From the human T2T-CHM13v2.0 reference genome, Homo sapiens, in the NCBI RefSeq assembly GCF_009914755.1, contig NC_060928.1: DNA of 64,000 bases; one strand, written 5' to 3'. The first letter of the stretch is position 1, and every line of letters starts with the position of its first letter. Below the pieces are notes generated by a model. That model saw only the letters and a list, made by a program, of their open reading frames with translations. It did not search any database and was not told the origin of the DNA. The position numbers and the translations under genes were made by a program. Shown here one piece after another: positions 12,701-26,786 of the stretch.

Positions 12701-15700
12701 ACTAACAGAGTTGAACCTTTGTTTTGATACAGCATTTTGGAAACACTCCTTTTGTAGAATCTGCAGGTGGATATTTGGATAGCTTTGAAGATTTCGTTGG
12801 AAACCGGAATATCTTCATATAAAATCAAGACAGAAGCATTCTCGGAAACATCTCTGTGATGTTTGCATTCAACTCAGTAGAGTTGAACACTTCCTTTCAT
12901 AGAGCAGGTTTGAAACACTCTTTCTGCACTACCTGGAAGCGGACATTTCGAGCGCTTTGAGGCCTATGGTGAAAAAGGAAATATCTTCTCATAAAAACCA
13001 GAAAGAAGCATTCTCAGAAACTTCTTTGTGTTGTGTGTACTCAAGTAACAGTGTTGAACCTTCCTTTTGACACAGCAGTTTTGAAACACTCTTTTGGTAG
13101 AATCTGCAAGTGGATATTTGGATAGCTTTGAGGATTTCGTTGGAAACGGGTTATCTTCATATAAAATCCAGACAGGAGCATTCTCAGAAACTTCTTTGTG
13201 CTGTATGTCCTCAATTCACAGAGCTGAACCTTTGTTTGGATACAGCATTTTGGAGACATTCCTTTAGTAGAATCTGCAAGTTGATATTTAGATAGCTTTG
13301 AAGAATTCGTTGGAAACGGGTTATCTTCATATAAAATCCAGACAGGAGCATTCTCAGAAACTTCTTTGTGCTGTATGTCCTCAATTCACAGAGCTGAACC
13401 TTTGTTTGGATACAGCATTTTGGAGACATTCCTTTAGTAGAATCTGCAAGTTGATATTTAGATAGCTTTGAAGATTTCGTTGGAAACGGGAATATCTTCA
13501 TAGAAAATCTAGACGGAAGCATTCTCAGAAACTGCTTTGTGATGTTTGCATTCAAGTCACAGAGTTGAATATTCCCTTTTATAGAGTAGGTTTGAAACAC
13601 TCTTTCGGCACTACCTGGAAGTGGATATTTCGAGCTCTTTGAGGCCTATGGTTAAAAGGAAATATCTTCCCATAAAAACTAGACAGAAGCCGTCTCAGAA
13701 ACTTGTTTGTGATGTGTGTATTCAACTACCAGAGTTGAACATTTCTGTTACAGAGCAATTTTAAAACACTCTTTTTGTGGAATCTGAAAGTGGATAATTG
13801 GATAGCTTTGTGGATTTCGTTGGAAACGGGATGACGTATAAAATCTAGAGAGAAGCATTCTCAGGAACTTCTTTCTGATGTTTGCATTCAAGTCACAGAA
13901 TTGAACATTCCTTTTCATAGTGCAGGTTTGAAACACTCTTTCTGTAGTATCTGGAAGTGGACATTTCAAGCGCTTTGAGGCCTACGGGGAGAAAGGAAAT
14001 ATCTTCAAATAAAAACTAGACAGAAGGATTCTCAGAAACTTATTTGTGATGTGTGTCCTAAACGAACACAGTTGAACCTTTGTTTTGATACAACATTTTG
14101 GAAACACTCCTTTTGTAGGATCTGCAGGTGGATATTTGGATAGATTTTAAGATTTCGTTGGAAACGGGAGTTTCTTCATATAAACTCAAGACAGATGCAT
14201 TCTCAGAAACTTCTCTGTGATGTTTGCATTCCACTCATAGAGTTGAAAACTTCCTTTCATAGAGCAGGTTTGAAACACTCTTTTTGTAATATTTGGAAGT
14301 GGACATTTGCAGCGCTTTGAGGCCTATGGTGAAAAAGGAAATATCTTCTCATAAAAACCAGAAACAAGCATTCTCAGAAACTTCTTTTTGATGTGTGTAC
14401 TCAAGTAACAGAGTTGAACCTTCCTTTTGACACAGCAGTTTTGAAACAATCTTTTTGTAGAATCTGCAAGTGGATATTTGGATAGCTTTGAGGATTTCGT
14501 TGGAAACGGGATATCTTCATATAAAATCTAGACAGAAGCATTCTCAGAAACTTCTTTGTGCTGTATGTCCTCAATTAACAGAGTTGAACCATTGCTTGGA
14601 TACAGCATTTTGGAAACATTCCTTGAGTAGAATCTGCAAGTTGATATTTAGATAGATTTGAAGATTTCGTTGGAAACGGGAATATCTCCATAGAAAATCT
14701 AGACGGAAGCATTCTCAGAAACTGCTTTGTGATGTTTCCATTCAAGTCACAGAGTTGAATATTCCCTTTTATAGAGCACGTTTGAAACACTCTTTCTGCA
14801 CTATCTGGAAGTGGACATTTCGAGCGCTTTGAGGCCTATGGTGAAAAAGGAATTATCTTCCCATAAAAACTAGACAGAAGCATTCTCAGAAACTTGTTTG
14901 TGATGTGTGTATTCAACTAACAGAGTTGAACTTTTGTTTTTACAGAGCCGTTTTTAAACACTCTTTTTGTGGAATCAGAAAGTGGATATTCGGATGGCTC
15001 TGAGGATTTCGTTGGAAGCGGGATTACGTATAAAATCTAGAGAGAAGCATTCTCAGGAACTTCTTTGTGATGTTTGCATTGAAGTCACAGAATTGAACAT
15101 TCACTTTGATAGAGCAGGTTTGAAACACTCATTCTGTAGTATCTGGAAGTGGACATTTCAAGCGCTTTCAGGCCTATGGTGAGAAAGGAAATATCTTCGA
15201 ATAAAAACTAGACAGAAGCATCCTCAGAAACTTATTTGTGATGTGTGTCCTCAACTAACAGAGTTGAAACTTTGTTTTGATACAGCATTTTGGAAACAGT
15301 CTTTTTGTAGAATCTGCAGGTGGATATTTGGATAGCTTAGAGGGATTCGTTGGAAAGGGGATATCTTCATATAAAATCTAGACAGAAGCATTCTCAGAAA
15401 CTTATTTGTGATGTGTGTCCTCAACTAACAGAGTTGAACCTTGGTTTCGATACAGCATTTTGGAAACACTCCTTTTGTAGAATCTGCAGGTGGATATGTG
15501 GATAGCTCTGAAGATTTCGTTGGAAACGGGAATTTCTTCATATAAAATCAAACAGAAGCATTCTCAGAAACTTCTCAGTGATGTTTGCATTCAGCTCATG
15601 GAGTTGAACACTTCCTTTCATAGAGCCGGTTTGAAACACTCTTTCTGCACTACCTGGAAGAGGACATTTCGAGCGCTTTGAGTCCTATGGTGAAAAAGGA

Positions 15701-18700
15701 AATATCTTCTCATAAAAACCAGAAAGAAGCATTCTCAGAAACTTCTTTGTGTTGTGTGTACTCATGTAACAGTGTTGAACCATCCTTTTGACAGAGCAGT
15801 TTTGAAACACTCTTTTTGTAGAATCTGCAAGTGGATATTTGGATAGCTTTGAGGATTTCGTTGGAAACGGGATGACATATAATATCTAGAGAGAAGCATT
15901 CTCAGGAACTTCTTTGTGATGTTTGCATTCAAGTCACAGAATTGAACATTCCCTTTCATAGAGCAGGTTTGAAACACTCTTTCTCTAGTATCTGGAAGTG
16001 GGCATTTCAAGCGCTTTCAGGCCTATGGAGAGAAAGGAAATACCTTCAAATAAAAACTTGACAGAAGCATTCTCAGAAACTTATTTGTGATGTGTGTCCT
16101 CAACTAACAGAGTTGAACCTTTGTTTTGATACAGCATTTTGGAAACACTCCTTTTGTAGAATCTGCAGGTGGATATTTGGATAGCTTTGAAGATTTCGTT
16201 GGAAACCGGAATATCTTCATATAAAATCAAGACAGAAGCATTCTCGGAAACATCTCTGTGATGTTTGCATTCAACTCAGTAGAGTTGAACACTTCCTTTC
16301 ATAGAGCAGGTTTGAAACACTCTTTCTGCACTACCTGGAAGCGGACATTTCGAGCGCTTTGAGGCCTATGGTGAAAAAGGAAATATCTTCTCATAAAAAC
16401 CAGAAAGAAGCATTCTCAGAAACTTCTTTGTGTTGTGTGTACTCAAGTAACAGTGTTGAACCTTCCTTTTGACACAGCAGTTTTGAAACACTCTTTTGGT
16501 AGAATCTGCAAGTGGATATTTGGATAGCTTTGAGGATTTCGTTGGAAACGGGTTATCTTCATATAAAATCCAGACAGGAGCATTCTCAGAAACTTCTTTG
16601 TGCTGTATGTCCTCAATTCACAGAGCTGAACCTTTGTTTGGATACAGCATTTTGGAGACATTCCTTTAGTAGAATCTGCAAGTTGATATTTAGATAGCTT
16701 TGAAGAATTCGTTGGAAACGGGTTATCTTCATATAAAATCCAGACAGGAGCATTCTCAGAAACTTCTTTGTGCTGTATGTCCTCAATTCACAGAGCTGAA
16801 CCTTTGTTTGGATACAGCATTTTGGAGACATTCCTTTAGTAGAATCTGCAAGTTGATATTTAGATAGCTTTGAAGATTTCGTTGGAAACGGGAATATCTT
16901 CATAGAAAATCTAGACGGAAGCATTCTCAGAAACTGCTTTGTGATGTTTGCATTCAAGTCACAGAGTTGAATATTCCCTTTTATAGAGTAGGTTTGAAAC
17001 ACTCTTTCGGCACTACCTGGAAGTGGATATTTCGAGCTCTTTGAGGCCTATGGTTAAAAGGAAATATCTTCCCATAAAAACTAGACAGAAGCCGTCTCAG
17101 AAACTTGTTTGTGATGTGTGTATTCAACTACCAGAGTTGAACATTTCTGTTACAGAGCAATTTTAAAACACTCTTTTTGTGGAATCTGAAAGTGGATAAT
17201 TGGATAGCTTTGTGGATTTCGTTGGAAACGGGATGACGTATAAAATCTAGAGAGAAGCATTCTCAGGAACTTCTTTCTGATGTTTGCATTCAAGTCACAG
17301 AATTGAACATTCCTTTTCATAGTGCAGGTTTGAAACACTCTTTCTGTAGTATCTGGAAGTGGACATTTCAAGCGCTTTGAGGCCTACGGGGAGAAAGGAA
17401 ATATCTTCAAATAAAAACTAGACAGAAGGATTCTCAGAAACTTATTTGTGATGTGTGTCCTAAACGAACACAGTTGAACCTTTGTTTTGATACAACATTT
17501 TGGAAACACTCCTTTTGTAGGATCTGCAGGTGGATATTTGGATAGATTTTAAGATTTCGTTGGAAACGGGAGTTTCTTCATATAAACTCAAGACAGATGC
17601 ATTCTCAGAAACTTCTCTGTGATGTTTGCATTCCACTCATAGAGTTGAAAACTTCCTTTCATAGAGCAGGTTTGAAACACTCTTTTTGTAATATTTGGAA
17701 GTGGACATTTGCAGCGCTTTGAGGCCTATGGTGAAAAAGGAAATATCTTCTCATAAAAACCAGAAACAAGCATTCTCAGAAACTTCTTTTTGATGTGTGT
17801 ACTCAAGTAACAGAGTTGAACCTTCCTTTTGACACAGCAGTTTTGAAACAATCTTTTTGTAGAATCTGCAAGTGGATATTTGGATAGCTTTGAGGATTTC
17901 GTTGGAAACGGGATATCTTCATATAAAATCTAGACAGAAGCATTCTCAGAAACTTCTTTGTGCTGTATGTCCTCAATTAACAGAGTTGAACCATTGCTTG
18001 GATACAGCATTTTGGAAACATTCCTTGAGTAGAATCTGCAAGTTGATATTTAGATAGATTTGAAGATTTCGTTGGAAACGGGAATATCTCCATAGAAAAT
18101 CTAGACGGAAGCATTCTCAGAAACTGCTTTGTGATGTTTCCATTCAAGTCACAGAGTTGAATATTCCCTTTTATAGAGCACGTTTGAAACACTCTTTCTG
18201 CACTATCTGGAAGTGGACATTTCGAGCGCTTTGAGGCCTATGGTGAAAAAGGAATTATCTTCCCATAAAAACTAGACAGAAGCATTCTCAGAAACTTGTT
18301 TGTGATGTGTGTATTCAACTAACAGAGTTGAACTTTTGTTTTTACAGAGCCGTTTTTAAACACTCTTTTTGTGGAATCAGAAAGTGGATATTCGGATGGC
18401 TCTGAGGATTTCGTTGGAAGCGGGATTACGTATAAAATCTAGAGAGAAGCATTCTCAGGAACTTCTTTGTGATGTTTGCATTGAAGTCACAGAATTGAAC
18501 ATTCACTTTGATAGAGCAGGTTTGAAACACTCATTCTGTAGTATCTGGAAGTGGACATTTCAAGCGCTTTCAGGCCTATGGTGAGAAAGGAAATATCTTC
18601 GAATAAAAACTAGACAGAAGCATCCTCAGAAACTTATTTGTGATGTGTGTCCTCAACTAACAGAGTTGAAACTTTGTTTTGATACAGCATTTTGGAAACA

Positions 18701-21700
18701 GTCTTTTTGTAGAATCTGCAGGTGGATATTTGGATAGCTTAGAGGGATTCGTTGGAAAGGGGATATCTTCATATAAAATCTAGACAGAAGCATTCTCAGA
18801 AACTTATTTGTGATGTGTGTCCTCAACTAACAGAGTTGAACCTTGGTTTCGATACAGCATTTTGGAAACACTCCTTTTGTAGAATCTGCAGGTGGATATG
18901 TGGATAGCTCTGAAGATTTCGTTGGAAACGGGAATTTCTTCATATAAAATCAAACAGAAGCATTCTCAGAAACTTCTCAGTGATGTTTGCATTCAGCTCA
19001 TGGAGTTGAACACTTCCTTTCATAGAGCCGGTTTGAAACACTCTTTCTGCACTACCTGGAAGAGGACATTTCGAGCGCTTTGAGTCCTATGGTGAAAAAG
19101 GAAATATCTTCTCATAAAAACCAGAAAGAAGCATTCTCAGAAACTTCTTTGTGTTGTGTGTACTCATGTAACAGTGTTGAACCATCCTTTTGACAGAGCA
19201 GTTTTGAAACACTCTTTTTGTAGAATCTGCAAGTGGATATTTGGATAGCTTTGAGGATTTCGTTGGAAACGGGATGACATATAATATCTAGAGAGAAGCA
19301 TTCTCAGGAACTTCTTTGTGATGTTTGCATTCAAGTCACAGAATTGAACATTCCCTTTCATAGAGCAGGTTTGAAACACTCTTTCTCTAGTATCTGGAAG
19401 TGGGCATTTCAAGCGCTTTCAGGCCTATGGAGAGAAAGGAAATACCTTCAAATAAAAACTAGACAGAAGCATTCTCAGAAACTTATTTGTGATGTGTGTC
19501 CTCAACTAACAGAGTTGAACCTTTGTTTTGATACAGCATTTTGGAAACACTCCTTTTGTAGAATCTGCAGGTGGATATTTGGATAGCTTTGAAGATTTCG
19601 TTGGAAACCGGAATATCTTCATATAAAATCAAGACAGAAGCATTCTCGGAAACATCTCTGTGATGTTTGCATTCAACTCAGTAGAGTTGAACACTTCCTT
19701 TCATAGAGCAGGTTTGAAACACTCTTTCTGCACTACCTGGAAGCGGACATTTCGAGCGCTTTGAGGCCTATGGTGAAAAAGGAAATATCTTCTCATAAAA
19801 ACCAGAAAGAAGCATTCTCAGAAACTTCTTTGTGTTGTGTGTACTCAAGTAACAGTGTTGAACCTTCCTTTTGACACAGCAGTTTTGAAACACTCTTTTG
19901 GTAGAATCTGCAAGTGGATATTTGGATAGCTTTGAGGATTTCGTTGGAAACGGGTTATCTTCATATAAAATCCAGACAGGAGCATTCTCAGAAACTTCTT
20001 TGTGCTGTATGTCCTCAATTCACAGAGCTGAACCTTTGTTTGGATACTGCATTTTGGAGACATTCCTTTAGTAGAATCTGCAAGTTGATATTTAGATAGC
20101 TTTGAAGAATTCGTTGGAAACGGGTTATCTTCATATAAAATCCAGACAGGAGCATTCTCAGAAACTTCTTTGTGCTGTATGTCCTCAATTCACAGAGCTG
20201 AACCTTTGTTTGGATACAGCATTTTGGAGACATTCCTTTAGTAGAATCTGCAAGTTGATATTTAGATAGCTTTGAAGATTTCGTTGGAAACGGGAATATC
20301 TTCATAGAAAATCTAGACGGAAGCATTCTCAGAAACTGCTTTGTGATGTTTGCATTCAAGTCACAGAGTTGAATATTCCCTTTTATAGAGTAGGTTTGAA
20401 ACACTCTTTCGGCACTACCTGGAAGTGGATATTTCGAGCTCTTTGAGGCCTATCGTTAAAAGGAAATATCTTCCCATAAAAACTAGACAGAAGCCGTCTC
20501 AGAAACTTGTTTGTGATGTGTGTATTCAACTACCAGAGTTGAACATTTCTGTTACAGAGCAATTTTAAAACACTCTTTTTGTGGAATCTGAAAGTGGATA
20601 ATTGGATAGCTTTGTGGATTTCGTTGGAAACGGGATGACGTATAAAATCTAGAGAGAAGCATTCTCAGGAACTTCCTTCTGATGTTTGCATTCAAGTCAC
20701 AGAATTGAACATTCCTTTTCATAGTGCAGGTTTGAAACACTCTTTCTGTAGTATCTGGAAGTGGACATTTCAAGCGCTTTCAGGCCTACGGGGAGAAAGG
20801 AAATATCTTCAAATAAAAACTAGACAGAAGGATTCTCAGAAACTTATTTGTGATGTGTGTCCTAAACGAACACAGTTGAACCTTTGTTTTGATACAGCAT
20901 TTTGGAAACACTCCTTTTGTAGGATCTGCAGGTGGATATTTGGATAGATTTTAAGATTTCGTTGGAAACGGGAGTTTCTTCATATAAACTCAAGACAGAT
21001 GCATTCTCAGAAACTTCTCTGTGATGTTTGCATTCCACTCATAGAGTTGAAAACTTCCTTTCATAGAGCAGGTTTGAAACACTCTTTTTGTAATATTTGG
21101 AAGTGGACATTTGCAGCGCTTTGAGGCCTATGGTGAAAAAGGAAATATCTTCTCATAAAAACCAGAAACAAGCATTCTCAGAAACTTCTATTTGATGTGT
21201 GTACTCAAGTAACAGAGTTGAACCTTCCTTTTGACACAGCAGTTTTGAAACAATCTTTTTGTAGAATCTGCAAGTGGATATTTGGATAGCTTTGAGGATT
21301 GCGTTGGAAACGGGATATCTTCATATAAAATCTAGACAGAAGCATTCTCAGAAACTTCTTTGTGCTGTATGTCCTCAATTAACAGAGTTGAACCATTGCT
21401 TGGATACAGCATTTTGGAAACATTCCTTTAGTAGAATCTGCAAGTTGATATTTAGATAGATTTGAAGATTTCGTTGGAAACGGGAATATCTCCATAGAAA
21501 ATCTAGACGGAAGCATTCTCAGAAACTGCTTTGTGATGTTTCCATTCAAGTCACAGAGTTGAATATTCCCTTTTATAGAGCACGTTTGAAACACTCTTTC
21601 TGCACTATCTGGAAGTGGACATTTCGAGCGCTTTGAGGCCTATGGCGAAAAAGGAATTATCTTCCCATAAAAACTAGACAGAAGCATTCTCAGAAACTTG

Positions 21701-24700
21701 TTTGTGATGTGTGTATTCAACTAACAGAGTTGAACTTTTGTTTTTACAGAGCCGTTTTAAAACACTCTTTTTGTGGAATCAGAAAGTGGATATTCGGATG
21801 GCTCTGAGGATTTCGTTGGAAGCGGGATTACGTATAAAATCTAGAGAGAAGCATTCTCAGGAACTTCTTTGTGATGTTTGCATTGAAGTCAAAGAATTGA
21901 ACATTCACTTTGATAGAGCAGGTTTGAAACACTCATTCTGTAGTATCTGGAAGTGGACATTTCAAGCGCTTTCAGGCCTATGGTGAGAAAGGAAATATCT
22001 TCGAATAAAAACTAGACAGAAGCATCCTCAGAAACTTATTTGTGATGTGTGTCCTCAACTAACAGAGTTGAAACTTTGTTTTGATACAGCATTTTGGAAA
22101 CACTCTTTTTGTAGAATCTGCAGGTGGATATTTGGATAGCTTAGAGGGATTCGTTGGAAAGGGGATATCTTCATATAAAATCTAGACAGAAGCATTCTCA
22201 GAAACTTATTTGTGATGTGTGTCCTCAACTAACAGAGTTGAACCTTGGTTTCGATACAGCATTTTGGAAACACTCCTTTTGTAGAATCTGCAGGTGGATA
22301 TGTGGATAGCTCTGAAGATTTCGTTGGAAACGGGAATTTCTTCATATAAAATCAAACAGAAGCATTCTCAGAAACTTCTCAGTGATGTTTGCATTCAGCT
22401 CATGGAGTTGAACACTTCCTTTCATAGAGCCGGTTTGAAACACTCTTTCTGCACTACCTGGAAGAGGACATTTCGAGCGCTTTGAGTCCTATGGTGAAAA
22501 AGGAAATATCTTCTCATAAAAACCAGAAAGAAGCATTCTCAGAAACTTCTTTGTGTTGTGTGTACTCATGTAACAGTGTTGAACCATCCTTTTGACAGAG
22601 CAGTTTTGAAACACTCTTTTTGTAGAATCTGCAAGTGGATATTTGGATAGCTTTGAGGATTTCGTTGGAAACGGGATGACATATAATATCTAGAGAGAAG
22701 CATTCTCAGGAACTTCTTTGTGATGTTTGCATTCAAGTCACAGAATTGAACATTCCCTTTCATAGAGCAGGTTTGAAACACTCTTTCTCTAGTATCTGGA
22801 AGTGGGCATTTCAAGCGCTTTCAGGCCTATGGAGAGAAAGGAAATACCTTCAAATAAAAACTTGACAGAAGCATTCTCAGAAACTTATTTGTGATGTGTG
22901 TCCTCAACTAACAGAGTTGAACCTTTGTTTTGATACAGCATTTTGGAAACACTCCTTTTGTAGAATCTGCAGGTGGATATTTGGATAGCTTTGAAGATTT
23001 CGTTGGAAACCGGAATATCTTCATATAAAATCAAGACAGAAGCATTCTCGGAAACATCTCTGTGATGTTTGCATTCAACTCAGTAGAGTTGAACACTTCC
23101 TTTCATAGAGCAGGTTTGAAACACTCTTTCTGCACTACCTGGAAGCGGACATTTCGAGCGCTTTGAGGCCTATGGTGAAAAAGGAAATATCTTCTCATAA
23201 AAACCAGAAAGAAGCATTCTCAGAAACTTCTTTGTGTTGTGTGTACTCAAGTAACAGTGTTGAACCTTCCTTTTGACACAGCAGTTTTGAAACACTCTTT
23301 TGGTAGAATCTGCAAGTGGATATTTGGATAGCTTTGAGGATTTCGTTGGAAACGGGTTATCTTCATATAAAATCCAGACAGGAGCATTCTCAGAAACTTC
23401 TTTGTGCTGTATGTCCTCAATTCACAGAGCTGAACCTTTGTTTGGATACAGCATTTTGGAGACATTCCTTTAGTAGAATCTGCAAGTTGATATTTAGATA
23501 GCTTTGAAGAATTCGTTGGAAACGGGTTATCTTCATATAAAATCCAGACAGGAGCATTCTCAGAAACTTCTTTGTGCTGTATGTCCTCAATTCACAGAGC
23601 TGAACCTTTGTTTGGATACAGCATTTTGGAGACATTCCTTTAGTAGAATCTGCAAGTTGATATTTAGATAGCTTTGAAGATTTCGTTGGAAACGGGAATA
23701 TCTTCATAGAAAATCTAGACGGAAGCATTCTCAGAAACTGCTTTGTGATGTTTGCATTCAAGTCACAGAGTTGAATATTCCCTTTTATAGAGTAGGTTTG
23801 AAACACTCTTTCGGCACTACCTGGAAGTGGATATTTCGAGCTCTTTGAGGCCTATGGTTAAAAGGAAATATCTTCCCATAAAAACTAGACAGAAGCCGTC
23901 TCAGAAACTTGTTTGTGATGTGTGTATTCAACTACCAGAGTTGAACATTTCTGTTACAGAGCAATTTTAAAACACTCTTTTTGTGGAATCTGAAAGTGGA
24001 TAATTGGATAGCTTTGTGGATTTCGTTGGAAACGGGATGACGTATAAAATCTAGAGAGAAGCATTCTCAGGAACTTCTTTCTGATGTTTGCATTCAAGTC
24101 ACAGAATTGAACATTCCTTTTCATAGTGCAGGTTTGAAACACTCTTTCTGTAGTATCTGGAAGTGGACATTTCAAGCGCTTTGAGGCCTACGGGGAGAAA
24201 GGAAATATCTTCAAATAAAAACTAGACAGAAGGATTCTCAGAAACTTATTTGTGATGTGTGTCCTAAACGAACACAGTTGAACCTTTGTTTTGATACAAC
24301 ATTTTGGAAACACTCCTTTTGTAGGATCTGCAGGTGGATATTTGGATAGATTTTAAGATTTCGTTGGAAACGGGAGTTTCTTCATATAAACTCAAGACAG
24401 ATGCATTCTCAGAAACTTCTCTGTGATGTTTGCATTCCACTCATAGAGTTGAAAACTTCCTTTCATAGAGCAGGTTTGAAACACTCTTTTTGTAATATTT
24501 GGAAGTGGACATTTGCAGCGCTTTGAGGCCTATGGTGAAAAAGGAAATATCTTCTCATAAAAACCAGAAACAAGCATTCTCAGAAACTTCTTTTTGATGT
24601 GTGTACTCAAGTAACAGAGTTGAACCTTCCTTTTGACACAGCAGTTTTGAAACAATCTTTTTGTAGAATCTGCAAGTGGATATTTGGATAGCTTTGAGGA

Positions 24701-26786
24701 TTTCGTTGGAAACGGGATATCTTCATATAAAATCTAGACAGAAGCATTCTCAGAAACTTCTTTGTGCTGTATGTCCTCAATTAACAGAGTTGAACCATTG
24801 CTTGGATACAGCATTTTGGAAACATTCCTTGAGTAGAATCTGCAAGTTGATATTTAGATAGATTTGAAGATTTCGTTGGAAACGGGAATATCTCCATAGA
24901 AAATCTAGACGGAAGCATTCTCAGAAACTGCTTTGTGATGTTTCCATTCAAGTCACAGAGTTGAATATTCCCTTTTATAGAGCACGTTTGAAACACTCTT
25001 TCTGCACTATCTGGAAGTGGACATTTCGAGCGCTTTGAGGCCTATGGTGAAAAAGGAATTATCTTCCCATAAAAACTAGACAGAAGCATTCTCAGAAACT
25101 TGTTTGTGATGTGTGTATTCAACTAACAGAGTTGAACTTTTGTTTTTACAGAGCCGTTTTTAAACACTCTTTTTGTGGAATCAGAAAGTGGATATTCGGA
25201 TGGCTCTGAGGATTTCGTTGGAAGCGGGATTACGTATAAAATCTAGAGAGAAGCATTCTCAGGAACTTCTTTGTGATGTTTGCATTGAAGTCACAGAATT
25301 GAACATTCACTTTGATAGAGCAGGTTTGAAACACTCATTCTGTAGTATCTGGAAGTGGACATTTCAAGCGCTTTCAGGCCTATGGTGAGAAAGGAAATAT
25401 CTTCGAATAAAAACTAGACAGAAGCATCCTCAGAAACTTATTTGTGATGTGTGTCCTCAACTAACAGAGTTGAAACTTTGTTTTGATACAGCATTTTGGA
25501 AACAGTCTTTTTGTAGAATCTGCAGGTGGATATTTGGATAGCTTAGAGGGATTCGTTGGGAAGGGGATATCTTCATATAAAATCTAGACAGAAGCATTCT
25601 CAGAAACTTATTTGTGATGTGTGTCCTCAACTAACAGAGTTGAACCTTGGTTTTGATACAGCATTTTGGAAACACTCCTTTTGTAGAATCTGCAGGTGGA
25701 TATGTGGATAGCTCTGAAGATTTCGTTGGAAACGGGAATTTCTTCATATAAAATCAAACAGAAGCATTCTCAGAAACTTCTCAGTGATGTTTGCATTCAG
25801 CTCATGGAGTTGAACACTTCCTTTCATAGAGCCGGTGTGAAACACTCTTTCTGCACTACCTGGAAGAGGACATTTCGAGCGCTTTGAGTCCTATGGTGAA
25901 AAAGGAAATATCTTCTCATAAAAACCAGAAAGAAGCATTCTCAGAAACTTCTTTGTGTTGTGTGTACTCATGTAACAGTGTTGAACCATCCTTTTGACAG
26001 AGCAGTTTTGAAACACTCTTTTTGTAGAATCTGCAAGTGGATATTTGGATAGCTTTGAGGATTTCGTTGGAAACGGGATGACATATAATATCTAGAGAGA
26101 AGCATTCTCAGGAACTTCTTTGTGATGTTTGCATTCAAGTCACAGAATTGAACATTCCCTTTCATAGAGCAGGTTTGAAACACTCTTTCTCTAGTATCTG
26201 GAAGTGGGCATTTCAAGCGCTTTCAGGCCTATGGAGAGAAAGGAAATACCTTCAAATAAAAACTAGACAGAAGCATTCTCAGAAACTTATTTGTGATGTG
26301 TGTCCTCAACTAACAGAGTTGAACCTTTGTTTTGATACAGCATTTTGGAAACACTCCTTTTGTAGAATCTGCAGGTGGATATTTGGATAGCTTTGAAGAT
26401 TTCGTTGGAAACCGGAATATCTTCATATAAAATCAAGACAGAAGCATTCTCGGAAACATCTCTGTGATGTTTGCATTCAACTCAGTAGAGTTGAACACTT
26501 CCTTTCATAGAGCCCGTTTGAAACACTCTTTCTGCACTACCTGGAAGCGGACATTTCGAGCACTTTGAGGCCTATGGTGAAAAAGGAAATATCTTCTCAT
26601 AAAAACCAGAAAGAAGCATTCTCAGAAACTTCTTTGTGTTGTGTGTACTCAAGTAACAGTGTTGAACCTTCCTTTTGACAGAGCAGTTTTGAAACACTCT
26701 TTTGGTAGAATCTGCAAGTGGATATTTGGATAGCTTTGAGGATTTCGTTGGAAACGGGTTATCTTCATATAAAATCCAGACAGGAG
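9777..26786 (+). repeat. Five tandem 20-mer HOR structural variants (3402 bp each) carrying a 170-bp monomer duplication
   Basis: The span is 17010 bp = 5 x 3402. Segment 9734-9903 is repeated at 9904-10073. The junction GAATTC occurs at 9901, 13303, 16705, 20107 and 23509. Confidence 0.95.
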
